DNA of 64,000 nucleotides, taken from assembly GCA_964016885.1 (NCBI GenBank), contig OZ024742.1:240436001-240500000 (forward strand), read 5' to 3'. The notes under the pieces were generated by a model. That model was given only the letters and a program-made list of their open reading frames with translations. It did not search any database and had not been told where the DNA came from. Source of the stretch: Eledone cirrhosa. Lineage: Eukaryota. The position numbers and the translations under genes were made by a program. Positions 30,601 through 45,184 of this stretch are shown here, in pieces. Within the stretch, counting starts at the first letter, position 1. Each line of letters begins with the position of its first letter.

Positions 30601-33191
30601 ATCATCATCATCATCAACGTTTAACGTCCGTGTTCCACGCTTGCATGGGTTTGGACGGGGGTAGTCCCACTTGAGGCAAGAGTGATTGTCTTGCTCGCAT
30701 AGGACTGTCTGGCAGGTTTTCTACAGTTGGATGCTCTTCCTAACACCAACCACATTTACAGTGTGGGTCTGGGAGGTTTTTACTGTGTTGCCTACACGGC
30801 CACATTACAGCGTGGACTGTGTGTTTTTTTGTCGTGACACCTACACGATCTCATTTGTTTCGGCCTCGATGGCGCGGCACCAACATAACTTTACATAGAA
30901 CGGGGTGGTGTGGATGGGGTGGGGGCGGGGGTGGTGGGACGGGGTGTATTTTGTTAGAGATGCCTACTGGCTGGAGTAGGTTTTACTATATATTTAGGTA
31001 AGGCGGGTCTTCTCTGTTACTGAGTACCGCCAAAGGTCTCGGTCCAGTGACATTGTCTTGGAGAGGTGTAAGTGTGTGATGTCGGAGTTTATCAGCTCGT
31101 CCCAGGTTTTCCTAGGTCTGCCTATTCCGTGACTACCGTCTATCTTTATTGCCCTGCACTTTGTTATACAGCTATCGACTTTCATGCGCATCACGTGTCC
31201 ATACCAACGTAGCCTTCTCTCGAGTAAACAACATCTGATCCCTCTTATCTCTAATTTTTTCCTTAGTTCGTTTATGATTTGCTGTTCACGTATATTACTG
31301 TTACACATCCAGCGGAGCATGCAAGCTTCGTTCCTCTCTAGTCTGCGTATATCCTCTGCACACAATGCCCAGGTCTCACTGCCGTGCAGCATTGCTGTTC
31401 GTATGCAGGCATCGTACAACCTGCCTTTCATTTTTAGTGAGAACCCTTTAGCAGCTAATAGTGGTATAAGCTCTCTGAACTTTTTCCAACCAGTTCTGAC
31501 TCTAGCTACAGTACTTTCAGAGCACCCTCCCCCACTGCTGATTTTATCGCCCAGGTAACGGAAGCTGTCCACTATTTCTATAGAACCCTCTGCGCAATTG
31601 AAAGAGCTAGTAGTTTGTGGGCACTTGCTGCTACTTATTGCACCAGAGCACCGGCCACATGTAAAATCTATGTTCTTAGCTTACCTGTGATCCCACTACA
31701 TCTTTTATGCACCCATAATTTGCATTTGGGACATAAAACGGAGTTTCTACCTACGCCTTTCCTACACACTGAGCATGGCCACTTCCCGGAAGAGACCGCC
31801 GCCTTGTTTTCTTTCCTACAAACTAGAACTTTAGTCTTAGCCAGGTTAATTTTAAGGCCTTTTGATTCTAGGCCGTGCTTCCATGTTTGGAATTTCTTCT
31901 GTAGCTCGGCCATTGATTCCGCTATGAGTGTCAAGTCGTCTGCGTATAGGAGTTCCCATGGGCAGCCGGTCTTGAACTCCTCTGTTATAGCCTGAAGGGC
32001 AATAATAAATAGTAGGGGGCTGAGAACAGAGCCCTGATGGACGCCAACTTTTACGCTAAACTCTTCACTATATTCGTTGTTAATTCTAACCTTGCTGACT
32101 GTTTCTTTATACATGGCTTGTATAGCTCTCACAAGCCATTCGTCAACGCCTAGTTTTCTAAGAGCCCACCAGATAATGGAGCGGAGGACTCTGTCGAAGG
32201 CTTTCTCCAAGTCGACAAAAGCTAAGTAGAGGGGTTTACCTTTAGCTAGGTACTTCTCCTGTAGTTGTCGTACTATGAAAAGAGCGTCTGTAGTACTTTT
32301 GCCTGACACAAATCCGAACTGCATTTCATCTAGGTCAATTCTCTCTCTGATTAGTTGTGCTATTACTTTTTCCGTGACCTTCATGACCTGGTCGATTAAT
32401 TTAATGCCTCTATAGTTACTCCTATCTAGGGCGTCTCCTTTACCCTTATAACAGTTAACGATGATGCTGCTATGCCAGTCCTTCGGAACAACCCCATTCT
32501 GTACGACTTGGTTAACTATGCGGGTGACCATGGTGTGTCCCACCGTGCCAGATGCCTTCAGCATCTCAGCAACTATTTCCGAAGGCCCAGCCGCCTTACC
32601 CGTCTTCATATCCTTGATTGCCTTACTTATTATACTCCCCTCGACTAACACCGCTGGTCCCTCTATTGGGTCGATATGGGGGAGACTGTCTTTCTCCCAT
32701 TTATTCTCCTCATTTAGTAGCCTTTCATAGTGACACTTCCAAGCTACCTTCTTATCAGCGTCGGTGATGGCAAGTGTGCCATCGTCGTTTAGTACACACT
32801 TCTCCCCGACAATATCACGGTTTTCCTTGACGCATTGCCTAGCAATCCTGAACACCTCACGTTTTTGGTCATCGCGTTGTAGAACATGCTTGAACTTTCT
32901 TTCCTCAGCTTCCCTTCTTGCTAAGTACACTTGTCTCCTAGCTTCCCTCCTGGCCACTTGATAGTCTTCTCTACTTCCCCCATCCCGCCATACTTTCCAA
33001 GCCTGCTTTTTGGCCTTAATTGACCCCTCCACCTTACTGTTCCACCACCATGTTACTCTCCTCCTGCCTACAGGCCTGCTCCAACAGCAGGTTTGCTTTC
33101 AGAAATTCCCACTCTCCCTCTATATTGTCCGACTCTAAATGTTCTTCCTTACTGTCGAAAGCATCAAGTAATATGCTTTGAAATTTATTCC
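30601..33191 (-). mobile_element. 5'-truncated RTE subfamily B, frameshifted
   Basis: ORFs 31668-33032 and 30994-31572 are split by a 4-bp deletion near 31677. A 23-bp deletion near 33081 is seen relative to the 51-54 kb copy. Confidence 0.97.
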
Positions 33192-33514
33192 ACACTATAA
33201 ATGTGGCTGGTGTTAGGAAGGGCATTAAGCTCCCCCCCCCCCCCAACCTCCTCCCCGCCCCCACCAAATATACAGTCCCATCCGAGCAATATCCTGTTAT
33301 GATTTAGCTGAAAATTTCTGAAAATGTGTTTGTTAATTCAAATGTTTATACTATCTTTAGTGGGCAGATGATTGTGAAACTTTGCAGTATAAGACTTAAG
33401 ATCTCAATTTTTAAAGTGATGGAGTCATAGTAATGTTTTTTGTACTTATCAAGAATATCTTTCTAATCTAGTTTTGTGCAGGGATAGATATAATAGGGTG
33501 AAAATGCAGAGTAT

Positions 33515-33975
33515 TGACCCTTTTGTTTCCTTGTTTTTAATGAAATTACATTGTATTTGAATTAATTAATGAAGAATTTGGAGGGATTTACTATAATTAT
33601 TATTTCATTATCAAGATGATATTTGTAACAAACTTAAGAAAATGTTTGTATATTAAATCATGATGGAAGATTTTATTTTAACCCTGTAGCATTTACATTA
33701 CTCTATATTTACTATTATATTTTCATGGTAAAGGGTTTACCTCACATAATTATCTCACATAATATCGAATCTATGAGATTTTGATGTTATTTATTTCGAG
33801 AACAATGCCTTGACATCAGTATGAGAGGCTGCTTTGAACATAAAAGGTGGGAGAATTCTGGCCAGATACAGCCGGTTTAAATGATAAAGGCTTAAATAGA
33901 AATCCTTTAAAATGGGTGGATTTATTTCGTGGAACCAAAGGTGGTTTAGGGCAGGTTGGTATCAACATAATTAAA
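33515..33975. mobile_element. piggyBac-like MITE with a second TTAA-type MITE nested (~33678-33895)
   Basis: The outer part matches the 4290-4689 family. Inner ends are ttaaccctgtagcattta / taaatgataaaggcttaa. Confidence 0.55.
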
Positions 33976-34632
33976 TGATTATGTTTCTGGGTCAATTTTT
34001 GTCACAAAATAGTTCTTGGTAAGCAAGTGCAATTTGGCAGATCAGAAACCCAAACAACAAACACAGTACATAATCAAAACATGATATATCTGTTAAAAAT
34101 CAACAAACCACTTATCTAAACCTCTTCTGGGCACATCTATTCCCCATCCATCCCACCAAACTTCTCGACATATCTATCCTCCCACCCTCATAAACATCAG
34201 GTAACAACAACACTCAAGTAAAATTTGTTATGTTGTCACAGTCAGGGAACTGAGTAAAAATATATTGCTGGAATGTTTATTACTTAGGTAAAAATTTAAT
34301 TTACCAGGAGGAGGGTGATAATTTGGGCCCAATGTATATCATTAGAAATATCATCACAAAAGAAAACAATTGAAAATCCTGTCTGTAAACATATCTCAGT
34401 TGAAATATTGTTTAATTTCAAATCTGTAGGCTTACTTTACTATACTTCAATTAAACAAGTCTCAGATATCAGCAGCGTGTGTATTACAGGGTGTATTGAT
34501 GTGTAGTTTCAAACATTTCTATAGGTTAGTTTCACATTTTTTAAATTACTATTTCTGGACATAGTATGTCATGTAATTTAAATATAGTTCCACATGTTGT
34601 AATATTACACCCTTGTTTAATGCTTTTCTAAC

Positions 34633-34740
34633 CTTAGTGGTTAGAGAATTGGATTCATAATTGTGGGGTTGTGAGTTCGATTCCTGGACTTGGTGATGCA
34701 TTATGTCCTTGAGGAAGACACTATATTTCATGTTGCTCTT
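34633..34740 (+). mobile_element. tRNA-derived SINE head (family S3)
   Basis: tagtggttagag ... gagttcgattcc ... gtccttgaggaagacact. Confidence 0.6.
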
Positions 34741-35129
34741 TCTGCCAAGAGTTTCGACTGGTAGATAGTATCAGCAATGGAATAACCAATAAAAACATTG
34801 TTTGCTCGGTCCAGTTTGACGAGTTCCACCCCACTCGGTCAATTGATTGATATCAAACACCTGAAACCAGGCCTTGTTCTATGATGTGAAACTGTTTTGA
34901 AATGTTTATATTTAGCTAAAAAAAAAACCTTCCATCAAAATTTTATGTAAGATAACATAACTGTTGTTATGTTATGTTCCAAATATCATTTAAATAATAA
35001 GAAAGTTAGTTATATCACTAAATCCATCAAAATACTTGATTGTTTTCAAAATTATCATGAGAAAACTATAGGCAATGTCTTGCATTAGAAATATGGTAAT
35101 GAAAAGGTTAAACTGTTTATATTTATCTG

Positions 35130-37092
35130 GAAAAATGGGGGTAGTAGAGACCAGTTCCAGGTAGCTAAGAGAGAAGCTAGACAACAGGTATACACAGCTT
35201 GGAGAGAAGCTGAAAAAAGAAAGTTTAAGATATGAGGATCAGACATGAAGTGTTTAGCATTGCAAGGCATTGTGTTAGTGTAAATCGAGATGTTGTAGGG
35301 GGAAAATGTGTTAGAAATGATGCTAGTACACATAGCACCACTGATGCCTAAAAGAAAAAGGTCTAGAAATGTTATTATGACAGATTGATGATTGTAGAGA
35401 ATGAATGGGAGGAAGAGAAACTACCCTCAACTTATCCAACAGAAGGACCACCTATTGAAGTTGACAGTTATAGGATCAAAGAAGCAATCAAAGAGATGAA
35501 GAATGGTAAAGCTGCAGGACTGTCAGAGCTAGTTGTTGAGATGCTAAAAGCATCAAGAGTAGGTGTTGAACTAGTAATCTGTATAGTCAATCGGGTAATA
35601 CAGGACAGAGCCATGCCCAATAACAGGCACAGCAGTACAATCATAAATTGCTCAAGGGAAAAGGGGATGCTCTAGAAAGGAGCAACTACAGAGGGTTAAA
35701 AAAAGTTATGAAAGTTACAGCGCAGTTAATTAGGGAAAAAGTCAAAGTAGATGAGATGCAGATTGGTTTCATGTCTGGGAAAAGTACTACAGATGTCCTT
35801 CTTAGTGAGGCAACTATAAGAGAAGTTTCTAGCCAAGAATAAGCCACTATATTTAGCTTTTGTTGATCTAGAAAAGGCCTTTGACAGTGTACCTCGATCT
35901 ATTATCTGGTGGTCCTTAAGGAAATTAGGTATAGAAGAATGGTTGGTGAGAGCAGTGCAAACCATCTACAGAGGAGCTGTCAGTAAAGTGAGAGTAGGAA
36001 GTGACTTTTGTAAGGAGTACAGGTAGGAGTTTATCAAGGTTTGGTTCTTAGCTCAGTGTTAACTGAGGAGTTAAAAACTGACTGTCCATAGGAACTTATC
36101 TATGCAGATGATCTGGTCCTTATAACCGAATCCAGAAAAGAACTAGAAAATAAGTTCTGCTTATGGAAACAGAATTTAGAATCAAAAACTCTGAGAGTAA
36201 ACTTAACCAAAACTAAAGTGCTAGTGAGAAGGGAAGATAGGACCCTGATCCCTTCAGGGAAGTGGCCTTGCACAATATGTTGAAAAGGAGTAATCATAGA
36301 CTCCATATAGAGTACAAAATGTAAATCTTGGGTACACAAGAGATGTAGCGGGATAACAGGTAGACTAACAGGAAAAGAAGACTTTGTATGTAGAAGATGT
36401 ACAGGAGCAATCGAGGGAAAGAGCATCAGTGATATAAACTTCTTTAAGTCACAGGAAAGGTCCATAGAAGTGGTTGATAGTTTCTGCTATGTTGGTGACT
36501 TAAATAGCGGTGGAAGAGGGTGCTCAGAGAGCATAATAGCTAGAATAAGGTTAAGATGGAAGAAGTTTAGAGAGCTACTCTCACTGTTGACAACAAAAGG
36601 TTTCTCCCTATGTACAAAAGGACGACTATATCACGCCTCTGTGCGAAGTGCGATGCTGCATGGTAGTGAAACATGAGAAGTGACTGCAGAAGACATACGT
36701 ATACTGGAGAGAAATGAAGCAGCCATTCTTTGTTGGATGTGCGATGTAAATGTGGGAGAAAGGCAGAACTTGGATGAACTTTGGGAGAAACTAGGTTTAA
36801 GAAGAATCCGAGTTGGTTTGCAGGAGAGAACATTGTGTTGGTATAGACATGTGATGCTCATCGATAATGACTGATAGGTAAAGAAGTGCCAGGAAATGCT
36901 AGTGGAAGGAAGTCACAATAGAGGAAGACTAAAGAAGACCTGGTTGGAAGTGGTGAGAGCTGACCTCAAATTCCTGAGACTCACAGAGGAGATAATGAAG
37001 AAACGCAGCAAGTGGAGAGATGGCTGTACTGAGAAGGACCCATCCAACCCATGTGAGCGTGGAAGAATGGATGTAAAAATGATGATGATGAT
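35130..37092 (+). pseudogene. Old, decayed RTE LINE of the PHD-containing lineage, short 3' UTR
   Basis: Fragmented motifs [49 protein letters not shown]. (GAT)n tail. Confidence 0.92.
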
Positions 37093-39059
37093 ATAAAACC
37101 CACATTATGACAGTGTTGCTGTTTATGCGTACAGACATCATAAACTGCACCTAGGCATTCCATTTTATTCTATCATTGATTTTATCATGCTGTTGACTTC
37201 TGCTTGTGTAGTTATAGATTTGTTTTTGTGCAATAAGTTTACATTTTGTATTAGATATTACATATGCTTATGTGGTAAATGAAAGTTAAACAACTTAAAG
37301 CACTCATAAAATGTTTAAAATAGGCATTACATTACAATTATCAGACTCAGAAAATTTCAAACACTGGGTCATGGCACCTGCCTCAGTGATGTGTGCAGTT
37401 CAAAATTTTCCTTAAAATAAACCCTGATCCAGTCAGTCACTCACTAACCACCAATACATATTGTTTTCTCTCTATGACTATTAAAATTCCTTGGTTCTTT
37501 GAACTAGCTAATTGCATGCATTCTCCACCTTCACCCATCCCACTGCCACCCCTAATGTGATTTATCTCTCACATAAAATAAATGGTTAGCGAAGTCTTCC
37601 TTTCCAACACTACTATGTTTCTTTTTTAAATTAACTTCCCTAAGAGTGCAGGCATGGTTGAGTGATTAAGGAGTTTGTTTGACAACCATGTAATTCTGAG
37701 TTTAGTCCTGCTTGCAGTGCACCACCTTGGGCAAGAGTTTTCTATCATAACCTTGGGTTGGGAGAAGCTGCAGAAGCCTGTTGCATATGTGTGCATGTGT
37801 ATGTTATTCTGTCTGATTTAGTGCCTGTGTCTGGGTTTATGTCTTATAATTTAACAGTTTGACAAGAAAAATACTGATGAAATAAGTACCAGACTTTAAA
37901 AGTAAGTGCTGGTATCACTATGATCAACTAAATCAATAGTGCCCCAGCATGACCATATTCTAAAAGCTGCGACCAGTTAAAGAATAAAAGAATAACCATG
38001 TTTTTATGGTATAAATAGTTTAGTGACCCTCTCTTTGACTTTGTTTTCTCATGACTTTCTAAATAAAACATATTTTCATTATTGTATACTTCTGTTTGTT
38101 AATGCTTTCGTTACTGAATCTTTCAATCCGTGTTTGTAGTAGGCTAAACATAAACTCAGAAATTGTTTCATCATACTTTTCACATAGGAGTTAAGCCCCC
38201 CTCTCACCTCGAAAAAATGACGAAAAATGTTATGAAGAACCAAAGTTAGTGAGAACCACAAAACTTTTGTTATCCCATTTTTACTGCAGACATTAATCTA
38301 CAGATTCACGGGTTCAAATTGACTACCACATCAACTATATTGATTTAATTGACTGACCCCTTCCCCATAAGATAGAAATGATTATTTCTGCTAAGGTAAG
38401 GTTTAGTAATAATTATATTACAAGTTATATTATTAGGTGGTGGATTGGCAGAATCATTAGAGGTTAGACAAAACACCTTGTGGCATGTTTGTGCCTAGTC
38501 TTTACATTCTGAGATTAAATCCTGCTGAGGCCCTACTTCACCTTTCATCTCACCAGGGCTGATAAAATATGTCTACTCATGATTTATTTGGATAGGTCTC
38601 ACAAATACATGTTTGTCCTGTGTGTCAAAATAAAAAAAGGAAAAAAAAAACATTATTGCAGCAAATATATACCAAAGTAGCAAACAATACAGCACAGGTT
38701 TCAGTTTTTGGACCTTGAAATGAACTACTTATTGTACAAATGATTTCACTACACTTAAGATAAACATTTGAAATATAAAACAAAGAAGTGAAAAACAAAG
38801 AAGTGAAAACAAATATGATCAGGATTGTTTCATCTTCACTATTAAACTTTCGGCTCTAACAAATTGTAATTTTAAAAAATCTGAATTAGTCTATTGATTA
38901 GAAGTTTGAGTAGTTATTATATTCTTTCTGCAACATACTTGATTATACCACGGAACCCAGTTTTTCTTACCCTCACTCCACATTTAAAAAATAGACTTTT
39001 TATTATGTTATGTTGTGGTTTTTGACTTTCCATCATGGTATTTCTCAATAAAGAAAATA

Positions 39060-39730
39060 AAAACAAGTCTCAACTTGGCCTCATCTGCAATGACCAAGCT
39101 GAACATAATTATGGAAAAGCAATTCTATCAGATGCATGTGGTTTAGTTGTAAGGATGTTGGATTTATGATCATAATGTCATGGGTTTGATTCCTGGGCTG
39201 CATGTTGTGTTCTTGAGCAAAACTCTTCATTTCACGTTGCTCCATTATATTCAGCTGAAAATGAGTTCCTGCAATAGCCGGAGGGTTTAACCCTGCAATG
39301 GACTGGCATCCTGCCCAGGAAGGAGTCTCGTACTCTCAGTCGCTTCACGCCATGGAACCGGGATAAAGCACCGGCCTAACGAGCCTTCTGGTTTAAGACA
39401 GACTTTAGAATTCTATCAGATTTCTAACGAGGCTTGAATTATACAAGTCCTTGGTGACTTCGATCCTTTTGTATAGTGGAGTATGAAAGCTGGACTCTTA
39501 CAGCTGACATGGAACGAAAGATCCAAACATTCAAACACAAGTGCTTGAGAAGGTTATGTATCGATCACAAGACAAACAAGTTTGTCATGCAGCAAGTCAC
39601 CAAATATATTGGTTGGCAGGAATCACTTATTTTAACATTGAAAAGACAGAAGCTCATCTGGTATGAACATGTATCTTGCCATGTCTCATTGTTCAAAACC
39701 ATTCTTCAGGGCATATGTGAGGGATGATAA
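39060..39730 (+). pseudogene. Decayed RTE-like LINE 3' fragment (different family), interrupted by a SINE
   Basis: LYKSLVTSILL / YESWTLTADMERKIQTFKHKCLRRL...KTILQG. Confidence 0.7.
39134..39408 (+). mobile_element. Full-length tRNA-derived SINE (S3, V-domain-like) with 13-bp TSD
   Basis: A/B boxes, gtgttcttgagcaa and cctgcaatggactggcatcctg. Flanked by duplicated aattctatcagat. Confidence 0.8.
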
Positions 39731-40289
39731 AGAAAAGATGGGTAAAGTAAATGCAGAGCATATGTGAGGGGGGGATAAAGAAAAGATGGGTAAAGTAAAT
39801 TAACGAAATTAATAAATAAACAATTAGATATATCATGTGTCACCAATAACGTGTCTAGTTGTATTTTTATATTTTACATATGCTTTGCATTCAAATATTT
39901 ATAAATAATTATTCTGATTTGGCTTGATTATCAGCGACATACTAAAATGTCATGATATACAACTAGGAAAATCTGACATATCCCCTTTCTCACAAGAAGT
40001 TCATATATTAGAATAGAATATCTCTCAACATTTCTTTTAAAAAATAGTTAAAAATCATTACAAATTATGTCAAAAACACGAAAAAAAGTGCCAGAGAACA
40101 ACACATTACAATGATGGTGTATTAGTATAACACTTGAAAGAAGATAAAATAAAGTCTTGATGTTTCAGATACTAGCCCTTATTTAGAAGATAGACACAGA
40201 TATGTGATGTTTTAGAGAGAGAAGATAAAAAGGGAAGAAAAATGAAAGAAAGGAATACATAAAAAAGGAGACAAAAAATACATGCCCTT

Positions 40290-40678
40290 AGTTACTTACT
40301 TGTCAGCCATCTTAGATATCCAGTCCAATCCAGGGCTTTCTCACTCCTGTTGGAGAAACTCCTATTGGAGGAACTCTCCCCCTGGTTGACCTCCACTGCT
40401 TTCTGTTTGGTTTCGATCATGTCAGGGGTGTAGCCATACTCACACGCTTGGCAATTGCAGCTTGGTGTGGCTATTTAACCCATAGTGGGAGTGGATGGCT
40501 GTTGATTCTGGGGAGGTTATCCATCCTTTTATCACTTCTTTTTTGTGTTGCTGGGGTTCCACTTCCCCTCTTCACCAGACAAGAGTCTTTTGGGGGAACT
40601 GGTTTAGTCACCAACCACTTGACCATAAAACAGGTTGTGCTGGGTTACGTGGTACCAATAGCATCCTATTGCTGACAG
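40290..40678 (-). mobile_element. Diverged copy of the RTE-type 5' leader seen at 62623
   Basis: Minus strand tgtcagcaataggatgctattgg...cccagcacaacctg...gactaaacc aligns with 62623-62740. Confidence 0.55.
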
Positions 40679-41330
40679 AATGAAATTTAATTGGAACTGT
40701 GTGAATTACACTATTTAAATTTCCTTGAAAGCTCACAATTCTTAATTAATCTAAAAAACTCACTGTTCTTAATACAAATCTAACCATTAACACCTCGTAA
40801 CACTCCTAGGTTGATAAATTAGCTTTAGTAATTAATTTCAGTATACTGTTACCAGTTTTTAACATTGTCACAGTAACCAGTGAAAACAAAACAGAAATGA
40901 AACTCATTATTGTATGTGATTAGTATTATTTTGGTTTTGTTCAATTCAGACAAATGATATAGTTTTGTTATGAATTTAATGAAAGGGAAATGTTTTTGAT
41001 ATTTTTATTTCCATCACCACCATAATCATTTTATATCTGCTTTTCACGCTGGCATGGGTTAGATGGCATGTCATGGTTTGAGACCAGATAGATGGGTTGG
41101 AGCAACCTCGTCTTTCTCATATGTTCCATATTTGGCATGGTTCCTATGGCTGGATGCCCTTCCTAATAGGTGCATTTTTACATGGCACCAGCACTATCAC
41201 ATTACAGCAGTGATTCACAACGTGGGGAACATGCCCCGCAGAGGGACAATTTGAATATTTAAGGGTGCAATTTGAAAATGATGTTAATGAGAATAGTAAG
41301 AGTAAAAGAGAAAATACAGACTGTAAATAA

Positions 41331-42611
41331 TCAACAAGATCCATATGTTATTAAACCACTAACTATATGGTACCAACAAGACCTATATGTCATTAAGCCA
41401 CTAATTATATGGTACCAACAAGACCTATATGTCATTAAGCCACTAATTATATGGTACCAACAACACCTATATGTCATTAAGCCACTAATTATATGGTACC
41501 AACAAGACCTATATGTTATTAAACCACTAACTATATGGTACCAACAAGACCTATATGTCATTAAGCCACTAATTATATGGTACCAACAATACCTATATGT
41601 TATTAAACCACTAATTATACGGTACCAACAAGACCTATATGTTATTAAACCACTAACTATATGGTACCAACAAGACATGTTATTAAACCACTAACTATAT
41701 GGTACCAACAAGACCTATATGTCATTAAGCCACTAATTATATGGTACCAACAAGACCTATATGTTATTACACCACTAACTATATGGTACCAACAAGACCT
41801 ATATGTTATTAAACCACTAACTATATGGTACCAACAAGACCTATATGTCATTAAGCCACTAATTATATGGTACCAACAAGACCTACATGTTATTACACCA
41901 CTAACTATATGGTACCAACAAGACCTATATGTTATTAAACCACTAACTATATGGTACCAACAAGACCTATATGTCATTAAGCCACTAATTATATGGTACC
42001 AACAAGGCCTATATATTATTAAACCACTAACTATATGGTACCAACAATACCTATATGTCATTAAGCCACTAATTATATGGTACCAACAAGACCTATATGT
42101 TATTACACCACTAACTATATGGTACCAACAAGACCTATATGTTATTAAACCACTAACTATATGGTACCAACAAGACCTATATGTTATTAAACCACTAACT
42201 ATATGGTACCAACAAGACCTATATGTCATTAAGCCACTAATTATATGGTACCAACAAGACCTATATGTTATTAAACCACTAATTATATGGTACCTACAAG
42301 ACCTATATGTTATTAAACCACTAACTATATGGTACCAACAAGACATGTTATTAAACCACTAATTATATGGTACCAACAAGACCTATATGTCATTAAACCA
42401 CTAACTATATGGTACCAACAAGACCTATATGTTATTAAACCACTAACTATATGGTACCAACAAGACATGTTATTAAACCACTAATTATATGGTACCAACA
42501 AGACCTATATGTTATTAAACCACTAACTATATCGTACCAACAAGGCCTATATGTTATTAAACCACTAACTATATGGTACCAACAAGACATGTTATTAAAC
42601 CACTAATTATA
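41331..42611. repeat. 42-bp minisatellite, about 30 copies
   Basis: Unit ggtaccaacaagacctatatgttattaaaccactaactatat, with sequence variants and occasional shortened units. Confidence 0.98.
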
Positions 42612-43211
42612 GGGTCGTTAATCCTGTAATAAAACATCTTGATGAAAGTGCTGACATATAGTTTTTATAGTTATCTTTATTTTTTCAAAATTTCACGTTA
42701 AAATTTTGATACTGAATTACAAGTTTGGAGCATCTACCAAGAAAAGAAATATGAACTTGCTGTTTGTTCATCTATCTACATAAATAACATAAGACAAACA
42801 ATTGGCATATTTATTCTTTTACTGATTTCAGTCTCTGGCCTGTGGTTATGCTGGAGTACAACTTTCTGGTGATTTAGTCGAGTATATTGACTCCAGTACT
42901 TTGTTTCATACTTATTTTATCAGCCTCTATTTATTGATTGGCTAATTTTTCCAATGGAATAAAAGCACGTAACTCAGAATAAATGCATCAAGGTATTTTT
43001 GTTTGATGCACCAACTTATCAAGAAGTTTTGCCAACATGCATATGCACACATATGTAGGCATACAAACACACACGCACACAAACATATATACTATACTCC
43101 ATTTATCCTGTTTAGAATAGGTACACCGTATCCCTGCATGTTGTAATAGGCAACTAAAAGGCTTGATACCAGGATGGAATACAAGTGTAAAACATTGCCT
43201 CAAGAAAGAAC

Positions 43212-44375
43212 CCTTTGCCTTTCATCCTTACAGGGTTGATAAAATAAAGCACCAGCAATGCACTGGGGTAATTGCTGGCCTTGTTCCAAAAGTAGAAACA
43301 ATTATTTTCATAGAAATATATTATTTGTCAGATACAATGCTTTGCTGTGTGTCTTCTGGCCTTCTGCATTATTGATTCGAAAGCTGCTGAATTCAACTTT
43401 ACCTTTCACCCTTTTGGGGCCTTGATAAATAAAGTTGTACCAGTTCAGTACTGTACTTGCTTCTCCTCCTCTCCCACACTTTTCCCTCCTCACACCCCTT
43501 CCCATCCACCCTCCCCTCCTCATCCCCTCTCAGATATAGCATTGTGTTACAATTTGGGAGAGGGATGGATGTACTTCCAGGTTTTAAATACCCAAGACAT
43601 ATGTGGTTATGTCATGGCCGTGCCTCTAACGACCCAAAGACACATGTGGGCATGTCATGACCACCCCCAGCAACTCCATTAGGAGTAATGGCAAGTAATT
43701 CTGCAGCTAGATTTCAATAGCTTAAACCTCTCAGCTTTCATAACATGTAAATAGACAGAGACAGCAGTTTGTTATCATTGAAAACCTCCCTTTAATGCAT
43801 AAAATTAACTTGTATGTAATAATACTAATAATAAAAAGTATTTATCAGAAACGTGTGTATGAATTTTTTTTACTGTGAACTAACTGATTCAACTGAGATT
43901 TGGTTTAAGAAAATAATTAATAACATAATGTCCTATTTTGATTTCTTGTTTTGATTTCTTGTTTTGATCTCTTGGCTACAAAATATAAATTGGCAGTTGT
44001 TAGAGAATAGGACAAAATGCCATGCAGTATTTGTTCCAGTTCTTTGAGCTTTGAGTTCAAAATCTGTTGAAGTCAGCTTTGCCTTTTATCCATTATCCAT
44101 TTAAGTTTGATAGAATAAGGTACCAGTCAAGGGTTGAGTATTAGTGAAGTTGCTAGATCATTGTTGAGATGCCTTGTGGTATTATTTCTGGATTGGCAGT
44201 ATCTGTAGAGCGTCAGACAACATACTTTGCAGCATAAAATTATGGCCCCTTATGTTCTGAGTTCAAATCCCGCCAAGGTTAACTTTGCCGTTCATCCTTA
44301 CAGGGTTGATAAAATAAAGCACCAGTAATGCACTGGGGTAAGTGCTGGCCTTGTGCCAAAAGTAGAAACAATTAT
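43212..44375 (+). mobile_element. Cluster of S1-type SINE copies (~43212-43305, ~43340-43455, ~43985-44130, ~44190-44375)
   Basis: Repeated ttgcctttcatcc...gataaaataaag core. The last copy has an intact A/B box. Confidence 0.75.
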
Positions 44376-45184
44376 TTCTGGCTCTTTGTGTGTGTTGTGA
44401 GTTCAAATTCTGCCATCACTTAGTTGAGTGGTAAACCAAATCTGTTTCTTAGTTTAACACCATGAACTGGTCCCTAGGTACATTTTGGTGAATCCTACTC
44501 TGTTGCAAGCAATTTGGACCAGGTGTCTGGTTTAAGGGTACTTTCTTTTATACTTTCCTCTGTTTCCACCAGCCTTGGAAGCCCTGAAAATAGTCATGGT
44601 CCACTGCCCCTCTCTGACAAAACATTAAAAAAAAAAATGTATTTTGTATCATTTTTCTATTTTTTTCATCTTCCTTGGCAGAATTGTAAAACACGTATGT
44701 AATATACATCTAATCTTCTAGTGTAGTGAAACCTATGATCAAAGACATTTCAGTCATGACTATCTCATCTTTTTAGGGATATCTAGGATTACATTATCTA
44801 ATTTATTATTTGTATGAGCTGAGGTAGACTTGGCTGTCATTTTTTGTTCAGGCTGAGTGACCGCATACAGATTCCATGAGTGCTAGGCAACTACCCCTAT
44901 CTTTATCATACAAAACTTTATTTTATATTTATATTTTATAGTTTATATTTATCTAAATATCTTCTATCATGATTTGTTCATATTTATCTAAATATCTTCT
45001 ATCATGAAAGTTATATTTCAAACGCCAGCATGATAATGAAAAAGATAGTTATATTACTAAATTTTTCCAAATTCTTGATTATTTTCAAAGTTATTTGAAA
45101 ATCATTGGCCATGTCTTTCATTAGAAATATGGTAATGAAAGGTTTTGATTATTAAAATACTTACTCAATGGGCAATTTGAAATT

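Noticed and set aside
40155-40190. HHR-like relic on minus: tctt CTAAATAA gggctagtatct GAAAC ATC aaga
   Set aside because: Helix I fits but the CUGANGA core has several changes. Counted only as a probable dead relic.
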